Below are positions 14,150-27,300 of a stretch of 64,000 bases of DNA, piece by piece. The translations under genes were made by a program, and so were the position numbers. The notes beneath the pieces were generated by a model. That model saw nothing but the letters and a program-made list of their open reading frames with translations, did not search any database and was not told where the DNA came from. Every line of letters begins with the position of its first letter. The first letter of the stretch is position 1. The DNA comes from Haliotis rufescens. Its lineage: Eukaryota. The DNA lies in the NCBI RefSeq assembly GCF_023055435.1, contig NW_025964223.1, positions 44,702,001-44,766,000 on the forward strand, given 5' to 3'.

Positions 14150-14365
14150 ATTATTCTTCACACTTTTATTTGTGTCTCTGTCAAAAACATTGATTGATTC
14201 GGGGTTTTTTACCTCTCACATTACCGGAAATATGTACACATGTACGGGATTTTCTGAGGTAAATGAACAAAACTCCATTGATGCCCACGGGGTTACAAAT
14301 AGCAAAACCCTTGGATAAACGTCAATTATACATTTGGCTTTTCCATCCAAAGCTATCATTATAGT
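14150..14365 (+). pseudogene. Orphan last intron, terminal exon and 3' UTR of a B-type lectin
   Basis: Aligns to B1 10465-10850 minus its SINE (ttacctctc.cattaccggaaat...ttttctgaggtaaatga...ttggataaac). The acceptor aacAG is mutated to cacGG and no CTLD exons are nearby. Confidence 0.75.
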
Positions 14366-14632
14366 TACCTATTCGTCTACACTTGTGTTTTTGTAACACT
14401 TTGACAAGAAAGAATGGAATGAATGCTGTATTATTTAGAACACCTAGATATGAGATATCGACAAAGTACAGCTGTATGTGCACGTAGACATTAACTTACA
14501 CATTAGAAAGGTAACATGCATGTGATAAAGGTTTGGTCAAGAGAACACCTGTTATGTTACATTCAATGACATCAAACTGAATTCAGATAAAGACACTATT
14601 TCGTTTGTGGATGTGTTTGTCGACTAAACAGG

Positions 14633-17600
14633 ATGTTGGTGTTTATTTTCTTGCTACTACTTCAGACAGGAGATATTGAAGGTACAAACGTAGAATATCG
14701 TCAATAATCATCCAAATATGATTTTCATGTGTACATATACATGTATTGACGAATATTTGAGCTGTGTTTCAACCCTTCATGCACAAAATACTCTACATGT
14801 AAAACAATTACAATAAGGGTTGCGGGCTAACCCTTATTACAACCCCTAAGGTAATAAAAATACTTTTAATGTGATCAACAAATGACATTTGGGGTTGCGG
14901 GCTAACCCTTGTTTCAACTCCTTATTTCAACTCCTTATTTAAATAATACTCTTAGTGTAAACATTTTTTTACATTAAGAGTTGACATGACAGATAACATT
15001 ATTTGTACATTTAGGGTTGTCATTATGAAAAAATTCTTATTGGACATTCATGTAACTTTAAATTCCCTCTTTACAACGACCACCTGGTTGCTATATGCAA
15101 GGTTTTGTCAAAGGGTTTATGACCCATGGCCCTTTTAACCGATTTCTTACAAACTTAGTGTGTTACAAATGTTATCTTAAGATACTCTACAAGGCAACCT
15201 CATTTACGTTACTATCCTAATACGGAAAGAGGGACTCTGTTTGAATGAGATGTAGTTATTGTCCGATTTCGTTCAATATGTATTGGATATTCCCCACTCC
15301 TTGTATAAGCTTCCTGCCAAGTTTGATTGAAACTTACAGGGTAGGATAAGATGAGATATTTTTTTAAGTAAATGTTGATGACATACGATGCATGCAGCGC
15401 CACGAAATGAGCTCTCCGCGGGACGTCGTACCAGGTGTTCTATAAATACTGTGTTTCGACATATTTTATGAATCAATCGTATTGGATTGTGAATAGATTT
15501 CGCATGACGGATGACGCGCGCCGTACAAAGAAGGATCGCAATACGTCAGATAAGCCTTTCGGCCATCTTCCATGTATGGAAAAAAATAAGCAAACTAGAA
15601 CTGTCTTATGTGGAATCAACTACCTCCCGTAGACGTATGATAATGTTAGCGTGAACATCCGAACGTACCTCTGCAATCGCATAAGAAGACCTAATCGCAA
15701 CCTCTGTTTTTCACCTGAAGAGTATATGAAATAGGGAAGGTTATTTGAAGGAGCAATCAGATGTGCAACCAGAACCTATGTGGTTAGCATAGCATGTCAA
15801 TATAAGGAATTTAAACGAAATCGGACAATTTCTAAATACCGACCAATCAGATGCCTCGGTTATATTTACATGGTGCGAAAAACTATTCGGTTGAGTTCTA
15901 AAATACATTGTACCTAACTACCAAATTTGAAAGAAATTTCTATATATTGATCAATCAGCTCTGCATGCGCAGATGCCTCTTTCCGTTGTCATGGGAGCAA
16001 GGTAGTTACGTAAATAATGTCTCATTGTATAGTGTCCCTTGATACACTTTAATTTGTACCATGATTGAACACATTTGGCTAAATGACATGTTAGTAATGA
16101 TCACTTAAAGAAAACCTATAAATAACAACCAGGTTGTCGTTGTTGAGGGGTTGTTGGCATATGAAAGGTGCAGTGCACATGATCCATGGCTCTACTATAT
16201 GTAGTTTCTGAGAGTACGCGCACAGTTGAAGGAAGAATATATTCGATTGCGAATAATCATAAGAAATCGAGCAAAAACAATGAAAAATGTAAATATAGCA
16301 AAAAGTACGCTAGATTTCCAATCAATCTTTGTTTAAAAGAACATTGTACCATACGTGGTGATATGTACGATATTAAAACGTAATGTAAAGAATTAATTTA
16401 AATTAAGGGTTGCGGGGAGTTACTTTTAATGTAAATAATACATTAAGAGTTAACAAGTTTTGTTCATTATTCCTATAAACCTAACATTGAGCCACAAACT
16501 TCAAAATGGAATTGGGGGTGGGGGTCGCAACAATTTAACCAGTCACAAACCAAATTCGTGCATAAGAAAGAGCAATAATATCAGTTACGTGTTGGTAGAG
16601 TCAAAGGAAATCGGAATAAAAGTACAAAATATCAACTGTTAAGCCATACCAGCGTTATATCAATATCAGAGACATGATTTCATTTGAACCACACACAATA
16701 AACATTGGTAATATAATTGGTCACTATATATACTGGATATGCTTAATTCCCAGGCAACTGCTGTCCAGATGCATGGATCCGATACGGTAATTCCTGTTAT
16801 ATGTTTATTGGTAGCACGGAGACATGGCTGGAGGCATCCGTGAGTATCAATTTGACATCCATGAAAGTTGTACATATACACAAAATATAAAATATACTTA
16901 TATGTACTCCATCAGTTTACAGATGTTTAAAATGAGAACTGTTTTGGTCAGAATGATATGCTTCGTTATCTGTTAAGCTATAACTATTTGAGCAATACAG
17001 AGAGGACAAAGTATGCATTTTATGACAAACATATATGTATCGTAAACGCACTACTTTTCTAAACATTGTATTATTGCAATAACATTGCCGCTTCACACAT
17101 TCATATATTTTGGTTTTGTGAAATACAATTTTTTGGAGGTTTGAAGAAAGAAATGCAAAACAAAAGCTATGTTGCGGGAAGAAACACAGTACGATACTCT
17201 CACCAAAAGTTTATTCACATTTTCGTTTTCACCACGTTGCAGCGTTACCGTTACCGTTATAAGACATTCGTTTGTGATGATGAGGTTAAACAAATCTGTG
17301 TTCTGCCATAAACCACCCGTGAACCCTCTTGACAACATGGAGGCCTTCTGTCCTACCCACAACATGTGCTTGTGATCATGTGATCAGGAACCAGGATGTA
17401 GATTAACTATAAAAACTGCAAAAGTTTAGGCAGCTGGGTGGGTTTGGATCCTATAGCCTCAGTAGTAACAAATGGTTATATTATCGTTGCAAGTGATTTA
17501 CTCATTAAACCAAGGACACTTGAGAACTTATGTTGATATTTTAAAATATTATACTTATGCTATACTTTTAATAATTTGAAACGTTAGACTAAGTGTTCTG

Positions 17601-18524
17601 CTCGTACGCGTACAGCTATCTTCTTTTTCAGAGTTTAACATTTTTGAAACGAACACAGAAAGACAATCTTGATTTGACATCTTGTGTAAAAGCAAGAACA
17701 CCATACACTGACGGCTTTGTTTTCATTTCACTATCGGAGATGAACAGTCCACACAACCTTTCGCATTATATTCATACTCTGCACCGCAGTGGACTGCTGC
17801 TCGTGTTCCATTCCATGTCAGTTGTGTATGGTTAACTATACATCCAATATCCAACATCTTGCAATCCGTAAGTGAACTAACTGCACCAACCATGTCATGT
17901 TATTTTTGTAAATATAAGCGCACAAACCGGTTCCATAATTATAAGAAATATCTACTAAAAGAGGTGTATATTGTACGATCCCAACTATATAATTGGCATG
18001 TGTTTATGAATGATAATCAAATAGTCATGATACTAGGTGTTTACGAAAACATAAACGAATCCTGCACCACCGGTGTCATCCTTCACTAACACATGCAACA
18101 GCAACTCAGTTGTTAACCTGAAAACAAACACGGGAACATATGTTGCACATCACTGTATGTAACTCCATCAAACAATTCATTTGTCACTGATGCGTCAAAT
18201 TTGTAAATGTTCTGCACATGTCTACCATTTAACCTTTTGAAAACTGCGATGAGGCATTGAATGTTGTAACCCTGATCAAGCAACTTTTAAGCAAGAGTCG
18301 TACAATTCAATAATGACATACGAAAAAAATTCAAACGGCATTTCATAGTGAACATGTTTGAAATAGGCAGGTTTGAAATGTAATCAGACAGGCAGGTTTA
18401 AGCGACATTAAACTGGGACCATTTTTGTTTTAGTAAACTGGGGCTTGTGGCTAAAACGAAAATGTGAACATTAATGTATCCAAAACATGTCGACGTAAAT
18501 GATAAGAACAAATATTGCACGCCC

Positions 18525-18559
<35 letters not shown>

Positions 18560-19506
18560 ACCCTCCAATTATGTCACAATGTGGGTTGCATTATCTTGTC
18601 AGGTGTGCTGTGAAGGATTGCTTGAAATGAACCATTTTGGTGGTTACTTGTGTATCATAAATGTATATGATTGTGTATATATATTGACATCAAATGTTTT
18701 ACATGTACACAATATCATCCCAGGTACACTTGTGATCAGTGTTGTATAATCTTAACTTATTTCAGCAACAATGTGTGGCGCGTGGAGCGGTACTAGCAGC
18801 TATCGAGACTGCCGAAGAAAATGCATTCATACAAGGCTATCTGAAGGTGTTTGGAGGTAATAATTAACGTGCACATGCATGAATGTACACTTTATATTTT
18901 ACGTTTTACGTCTATTTTTTTTAGATGAGGCGTGACTGCAAAATCGAGTACAGTTTCTTTTGTGTTTCATTTCATTTGTAATAAATTGTTTCAACATGAT
19001 ACTACAGATTATGCACATGGTTGGTTTTTATTGCACACGCAGATATTGGTGCCAATATGCAGACGTGGATAGGTGGCACTGACATGGAGATAGAGGGAAT
19101 ATGGAAGTGGGCCCCGAGTGGAGAACGTGTGTCATACACTGACTGGGGATCCGGCGAGCCACAAGGTTGTGCAACCTGTGGAGACTGCCTGGCCATATGG
19201 CCCGGCTACAATTACAAATGGGCCGATTACCCTTGCCCCTCTCGCGAGAAGTTCATCTGCGAAAATAAGTATGATTTGATGGTGATATTCCCTTTTTTGA
19301 GTTTGTTCCGCGAGTACACTATACAATTATCAGGAATCAGTTTCTTTCTAGATTGCATTTTGACTATCATGGACTCACATATATGTTTTGTCAATTTATA
19401 ATTGTCCAAGGCTACATATATCGCCAATCGATACCTTATGTCACTCTGTCAGATGCATAATATTCCTTTAAATTTCAGGATTACAGACGGAAGCCTTGTT
19501 GGATAA
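14633..19506 (+). CDS. Secreted perlucin-like C-type lectin, copy A2 (about 159 aa, EPQ/WAD)
   Basis: Exons 14633-14681 (MLVFIFLLLLQTGDIEG), 16754-16839, 18766-18856, 19043-19268 (EPQGCATCGDC..WADYPC..FICEN), 19479-19506 (KITDGSLVG*). 480 nt open frame, GT-AG introns. Confidence 0.9.
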
Positions 19507-20949
19507 TCAAAATGCGACAGTACATGTAACATACAGTACATAAAATGTTCTCAGATTAAAGTGTAAAACATGTCAAAACATTTTCTTTTACCTTACAGTA
19601 CATTGACATCCGAACCAGCATCTTCACTCAAATGTTGTAAAGGTAAACTTAGATGTATTCTACTATACAATGCCAAACTGTTGCATAATGCTATTACAAT
19701 TTCAGATATCAAACCCTCATACTCGAAACTGCAGAAGTATGCATTCAATGGGACAATGGACATTTACTGCACGATCCCTGCCTGCAGATAATTCTCCTCA
19801 GTGTCACAGCAACACGAAGTAACAATCAGTAAAAATGCCATTTGGTGAAAGTATAGAAACAGATCATATTCGCACAGGGCACATGTTCATGATATCATGA
19901 AGTTAATTGTTTAACTCCATTTTTATAAACGCAATATAAAAAGATTTAAAACATAAAATATAACGCTGAATACTTCCTCAGACAAGTTTAAGTGATATCA
20001 TCAGGGAGATTCTCGTATCACCAAGGATATTCTCGAATCACGAGGGATATTCTCGTATCATCAGTAGAATCTTGTAGCATCGGGGAGATTCTCGTATCAT
20101 CAGAGCAGACGCTCTACCAATAGGCCACGGAAGTGTCCCAAAGCATTATAGACATGCGTTCTACTGTCCCGTTGCGAGGTATCAAATCACGTTTACACGT
20201 CAGTCTTAACATAATACAACTGGTCCAGACTCGGTGATTTACAGACCACATATAACTGGAATATTCCTGAGTGATTGTCGTAAAAGGCGACTATATATGC
20301 TTGCTTGTCTTTAAAGGCGGCTAACAGGAGCGGGTGGTCGCTGACTTGGTTGATGCATATCATCGTACCACAATTTCATAGATTGATGCTCTTGATATCA
20401 AGCACTCGACTGTCAGTTCCAAAATCGATTATTTACAGACTGTCAATATAGTAATCCATAGTTTACTGTATTGACATATTTGCGATTTTGCGAAACTACT
20501 TCATAAAAACATGAAACGATTTGGTAAATATCTGTTTATGCTAAGTTGTCCGTTCACATGCTCTGGTAATCCTGCAATCAAGTGAACTATGCTCCACAGT
20601 TTATGAATCATGTACTCTATCTACATGATGGAAATTTACAGTTACTTATTCAAATTGCTTTTCACAATACCAACATGCACTGACACTGTAGTAACATGGT
20701 CAATAATAGTGATCAACATGACTACAAGCTGACTTCAGGCTTGTCCAAGAATGACATCAGCAAAAACTTGTAAAACAGACAATCCAAGGCTTATAAACAG
20801 CTCCACTACATGGATCCATCAACGTGGTGAAGAAAAAACCCTATCCACTGAGCCAATAAATATTTCAGGGGGCATCCTCCATTGTTGATTGGTCATTCAC
20901 ATTATGACTGATCATGATATCCATTCCCGACTATGTAATACTAACAGAC

Positions 20950-21160
20950 TTTAAAATATGCTACCTGTTGTTCCCCTTCCTGGTGTTCGGCATTTAGAGG
21001 ACAAAACAAGGACTTGCCGGCTCGGATGTCTGAATATTGTGTCTGATCATGAGTGGGTAGCACTATCAATACTAAACCGGACTAGTACAAGCAGCCACAT
21101 GCACAGCGCTCTATAATTACAATAATTTTAAATGCGACGTTAAACGACAATTCATCTCAC
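20950..21160 (+). mobile_element. Degenerate SINE, possibly V-domain/RUDI-like
   Basis: Central gact.g.cggctcgga...atattgtgtc.ga...tagcactat and tail gcgacgttaaac resemble mollusc V-domain SINEs (recalled, not searched). Confidence 0.4.
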
Positions 21161-22199
21161 ATAACCAATGAGTGATCTGCTTGAAAACATTAACAGCTTT
21201 CTACAAGAGCGTCATAGTATTCGGCTTGCAAGTTTAGATTGGGCAGATCTGGATAAAAGTCTCCGGTGATTATCTCCTTGATACCTTATAAAACATAAGA
21301 CATAAATCTAACTACATTACACACCATGCTCATTGATCATGACTCAAGTATTTCCTTCTCTTCCAGGTTGCATGAATTACTTTTACTGGGTTAAATGGGA
21401 AAGTAAAGTACAAAAAGAAATTGTTATTTTTTTGCGAATATCAATTGTTCCATAACTCCTATTTCCGAGGGGAAAACATCTTAACACTAATAGAAAGTAT
21501 TTACACCATGTATATGTCCAAGTGAAAGTGTTGAAATCACACGCTCCGTAATCGGCTTCCAAAACACACGTATTTAGGGGCGTGGCCTCAAGGTACCGGC
21601 GCAGCGGTTTGGTTGTTGCTATACATATACCTTTTCTGCTATTTCTGTTAATCCTACAAAAAAACAATATTGTATACATTGTTGCCTTTGATCTTGATAT
21701 TGTGAATAATCAAAATATCAATTAACAAAATCATTAACATTCTGTAACTATACAAATCTGTATCTGTAATCTGTAAAAATAAATAAACTACAGTATTCTG
21801 TTACTAGCATCCTGTTGGGTACGAAAAACGGTGACTTTTTACTTGTCCAGCAGCTGGCCAAGGGATAATCCCCCTCACCAATTTTCGCTATACAGTAGCT
21901 CCCGATACATGCAGTCCTGTTGAATTCTGTATTTGTGAAAGTGCGCGAAATCAGAGACACAGTTTATCAGCTGTTAAGGAGTTTACTTGCGTGTATGTTT
22001 CTTCGTTAAACACTGTTTTCATGTTTTGCTTTCCCATATCATCTTTCTTGTCCTTGTCTTCCGTGACCAAAGTCCGAAAGGAAAGCGTTGTAAACGCCAT
22101 GGTCCTTACTCCTACCCATTTCACTCACATGAAAACAGAACGACCTGTACATGTTATTTGTTGTCAATTTCGTCTTTTCGACGACACGATAACGGAAGT

Positions 22200-23850
22200 T
22201 GTAACATAGGGTGTCAGTATAGAACATAGATGTATATATTTGTTACATATACACGCACGTACAAAAAAAGGTTGTCAGTATACAACATAACTGAACATAT
22301 ACAATAAGGTGTCATCATAATACATAGTTGTATATATTGTTACATATACAAATAGGGTGTCAGTTTGGAACATTGCTGTATATTTTGGTACATATACACA
22401 TAGGGTGTCAGTATAGAACATAGCTGTTTATATTGTTACATAAACATATAGGGTGTCAATTTAGAACATAACTGTATATGATGGTACATATACGCATCGG
22501 GTGTCAGTATAGAACATAGTTGTATATATTGTCACTTATCATCCAAAACTGGCTCTCACAGGAGATATCACTTGGATGAGATCAAGCGATATCTACACTG
22601 TAGATATCGCTGCAATGAAATTACATCACAATGCTTTGCAGACGATTGTGACATCACTGGTTACCATGACGTCACAATCAAACGACATCACTAATGGCTC
22701 TGCTACTGAAGCTGTTTTCAGTACTTTTTACACTGAAGACACTGCTAATTACTGTCTACAAATTGAAAAAGTTGAAAGAATGATGTTGGATGATAAATAA
22801 AATCTCACCCTCGTGTCTTTTGATATCAAATATATCAACACTGGTTGATAAAAGTGGCACAAATCCTCGGCAAGCCTCGGATTTTTCCCACTTTTATCAA
22901 CTCGTGTTGATATATTTCATATCAAAAGACACGAGGGTGAGATTCTCTATATATACACATCGGGTGTCAGTGTAGAACATAGCTGTATATATTGTTACAT
23001 ACGCACATAGTGTGTCAGTACAGAACATAGTTGTATATATTGTTACATATACGCATAGGGTGTCAATTTAGAACATAGCTGTATATATTGTTACATATCC
23101 ACAAAGGATGTCAATTTAGAACATAGATATACACAGTGGTACATATCCACAAAGGCTATCAGTATGGAACATACTTGTAAGTATTGTTACACATACACAT
23201 AAGGTGTCAATGTAGAACGTAGATGTATATAATGGTACATATACACATCGGGTGTCACTATAGAACATAGTTGTATATATTGTTACATATACACATCGGG
23301 TGTCAATTTAGAACATAGCTGTATAAAATGGTACATATACACATCGGGTGTCAGTATAGAACATAGTTATATGTATTGTTACATATACACAAAGTGTGTC
23401 AGTATAAAACATAGCTGTTTATATTGTTACATAAAGATATAGGGTGTCAATTTAGAACATAGCTGTATATAATGGTACATATATACATCGGGTGTCAGTA
23501 TAGAACATACTTGTATATTTTGTTACATATACACATAGGGTGTCAGTATGGAACATAGTTGTAATATTGTTACATATGAACATCGGGTGTCAGTATAGAA
23601 CATAGCTGTATATATTGTTACACATGCACATAATGTTTCATTATAGACCATAATTGTATATATTGTTACATATACACATAGAACGTCAATTTAGAACACA
23701 GCTGTATATGTTGTTACGTATCCACAAAGGATGTCAATTCAGAAAATAGCTGTACATAATGGCACTTATACACACCGAGTGTCAGCATAGAACGTAGCTG
23801 TAACTATTGTTGCATGTACAAATGGGGTGTCAGTGTAGAACATTGCTGTA
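22200..23850. repeat. 48-bp minisatellite array, interrupted at about 22535-22950
   Basis: Unit agaacatagctgtatatattgttacatatacacatagggtgtcagtat repeated in tandem. Confidence 0.9.
22801..22944. mobile_element. Foldback/hairpin element (MITE- or Crypton-like) inserted in the satellite
   Basis: About 57-bp inverted arms aatctcaccctcgtgtcttttgatat.aaatatatcaacac..gttgataaaagtgg around a ctcggcaagcctcg loop. Confidence 0.75.
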
Positions 23851-24239
23851 CATGTGTTGTGTTTCACATTAAGAACAGTTGACACTTCAACCTTGATGAT
23901 CAGTTTTGCCTAGTGTCATCTTTTCAGTATCTCTCAACGTATGTTTACAGAGTTTGGACAAATAAGGTTTCTCGTATATTTATCAATGGTGACGTTTCTT
24001 TTGCTGTTCAGTATATTATTATCATTATTATTAACGTAATATAAAAAAAAGTATTTAGCAAATTCATGTTCGATAGTGAGGCTTGTATACATAATTACTG
24101 CACATTTGTGTTTTCGTAACACTTTGATAAGAAAGAATGGAATTAAAGCTGTATTATTAAGAACACCTGGATCTGAGACAGTACTGTTGTAGGTGCAGAT
24201 AGACAGCTACATTAATTTACACAAAAGAAACGAAATATG

Positions 24240-24350
24240 CGATAACAGTTTGGTCAATAAGAACAGCTGTTATGTTACATGCAATGACGTCACACTGAAG
24301 TAAGATAAGGACAATATTTCGTTGGTGGATGTGTTTGTCGAATTAACAGG
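24240..24350 (+). promoter_or_regulatory. Conserved lectin proximal promoter with CRE-like and GATA motifs
   Basis: TGACGTCA 24285-24292 and AGATAAG 24303. Paralogous TGACATCA/AGATAA at 1918/1936 and 14567/14585, with GATA always 48 nt before the ATG. Confidence 0.45.
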
Positions 24351-27300
24351 ATGTTGGTGTTTATTTTCCTGCTACTACTTCAGATAGTACAGATTGAAGG
24401 TACAAACGTAGAATATCGTCAATGTTCATCCGAATTTGATTTTTATCTGTACATTTGTAAATACACATGTATTCACGCATATTTGTAATATTTTCTGATC
24501 AGTTAGTGTGGATACGGTTTGTTATGTTACATGCATATTTTATGTACATGTAAATTACTGTTACATAGAAAGGAGCGGGTTATATTTTGTTCATTATTCA
24601 TAGAGTATTAACATTTAGCCATACACTTCAAAAATGAAATTGATGCCATACTGACGAAAATAAAAGCGACAATCTCCTTCCCAAAGCCATGGGTATTCTT
24701 TGCTAAAGCAGAGTCCATTGTACAATTCCGACTGCATCATGAACATGTGTAACTCGTCTCGCTCACTCACCCGGTCACTCACTCACTCATAAGCATAAAC
24801 ATAAATAATACCGTGATTTAACTGGAATACTGTTCAATATGGTGATTAACCCAAATCACTCACTCATAAGCATGTGTTTGTGAAGCACTATCAAAAAGTG
24901 ATGATAGCAGGTATTCGCGAAAAGGTTAGCATGCCTTTATCCTGCTCCACCGGCGGCACCCGTCATAAAAACATGTAAGTGCAGCTGAACAAATTGAAGT
25001 CAACAAAGGGAATTGGATCGGACATTATTTTGGAATGCCATCAGCATGTCTCCTATGAAACACTTCGAAAGTTTTACTGAGGCCTTCATTAGTGTAACAA
25101 ACACACAACTTTTGAGCAAGATCTGTACGACGTTCTTTGAATCAAATTATCCTGAACCTCTGAAGATGGTCACCACATTTTATAGAATATAAGGATTTCT
25201 ATCACAATATAAGTATAAAAGAACAACGGTTACGCCACACCAGCGTAGTATCAATATCGGAGACATGATTTAATTTGATTTGATACATACAATGAGCATA
25301 AACTAAGATGTCCATTTCCATAGAATTGTGTAGTTGTTGTTTTTTTTCCCTCTTGAATATTTTACAAGAAGCTTTCAAACATATGTTAGATTTATATTGG
25401 TCACCATAGATACCGGATACGCTTAATTCCCAGGCGATCGCTGTCCAGATGCATGGATCCGGTACGGTAATTCCTGCTACATGTTTATTGGTACCCCGGA
25501 GACATGGATGGAGGCATCTGTAAGTATATGTATGATATCCATAAAAGGTTGTAATACACAAAAAATATATAAAATATTTATGTAAATATTTATGTAATTC
25601 ATCATTTTTTAAGACAAACATATATGTATCATGAACCGGAATTTTTACCTAAACATTGTACCATTACTATAATATTGCTTCCTAACATTTTCATAGATTT
25701 TGGTTTAAAGAACGTTGGAATGTGTGAAGAAGCAAATAACAAACAAAGCTAATTTCCTTTTCACGGTTTCAAATTTTTCAAGCGAAAACAATTTTAACAT
25801 GACACCCTTTGTATATCTAAGAAGGAACATCACATACTTACATAATTTTCATTTTATTGGTCACGTCGCTTTATAAGTGCAGTAATCTTGAACGCGACGT
25901 AAAACCCCATTTCACCACCATTTACAGAGGTAAACATTCTTCAAATCCACCAAAGAGGACTGCCACTTAAATCCCATTCAATGTCAGCTGTAAAGGCATT
26001 GATCAGGCCTTGAAATATAAAGGAACAAAATACAAATAACATTTTTAATAACATAACGTCTGCTATATATAGTGAAAATGTTTTAAATAAGCAGGTACAT
26101 GAAATCACTTATTCACGTTTGTGCGACATACATGGACCATTATTATGATGCTTCAGCAAGATGAACATTGTGGCTAACGAGAAAATGTTAACATGGAAAA
26201 GCAATTATTTATTAATAACAAACGTAATACAGCACGTCCCCTTATGGTGGTTATAGTGATAACTCATATTGTGGCTTGCATTGTCTTATCAGGTGTGCCG
26301 TCAAGGAAAACTGACATGAAACATTTTGTTGGCGACTAGTGTTACACAACTGTATATTTTTATTCATACTGAATATCAATGTTTTACATATGTACAATAT
26401 CAACCCAGTGACACTGGTGGTAAATGTTTAATAATCTTGACGTTTTTCAGCAACAATGTGTGTCGATGGGAGCGGCTTTAGCAGCTATCGAGACTGTCGA
26501 AGAAAATGCATTCATAACTGGTTATCTGAAGGTGTTTGGCGGTAATACTTAAAGTGCACATGATGAATGCAAACTATATATACTCTGCACAAAACGAAAC
26601 GCAAAATGAGTTAAGTCGTAAATATCTTACAGAGTGTTGTCGATGTCAATACAAAATTAATACCGAAAATGAATTGGTTATTTCTGCATATATTGGGATT
26701 GATTTATTTGGAAAGAATGAGGTACTGCAGAAATTTAATGACCAGATGGAAAACTCGCAAAAACACAACCACGTGAGTGCCTGGAGCTGAAACACATTAA
26801 CATGACATGCACGTGCATCATCACTTGTTAAGCTTTGAAAATGTTGGGTTTCATTTGCATGCCATCCTAATCTTACAGCAAGACAACAGCGAAAACATGC
26901 CACCACTAACTTAATCCACACGCTTCAACGCCATCAGCCTACCGAGAATCATTTTTGCCGTAGCCAGGTTTTTCCACGAAGCACCAAGCACAATTACAAG
27001 AAAGCGGAACCGTTATCGGACATACGGAACAACAAGTGACCTTCCCGGGCCCAGATCCGGTCGACCACGTATCTCTACTAGAGCACAGGACAGACTCATA
27101 CCGCTACGTCACTTACGTGAACGAACCACCTCGGCCACCTCTACAGCTACGACAATGCCAGGATCGCGTAGGATATCAGCCCTGACATTTGGGAACCGTT
27201 TACGGAGCTGAAGTCGCTAGTCGACCAGTTCGAGGTGTCATTTTGACGGACCTGCATCGTCGGCCTTGACGTCAATGGTGTCAATGTCACAGAACATGGC

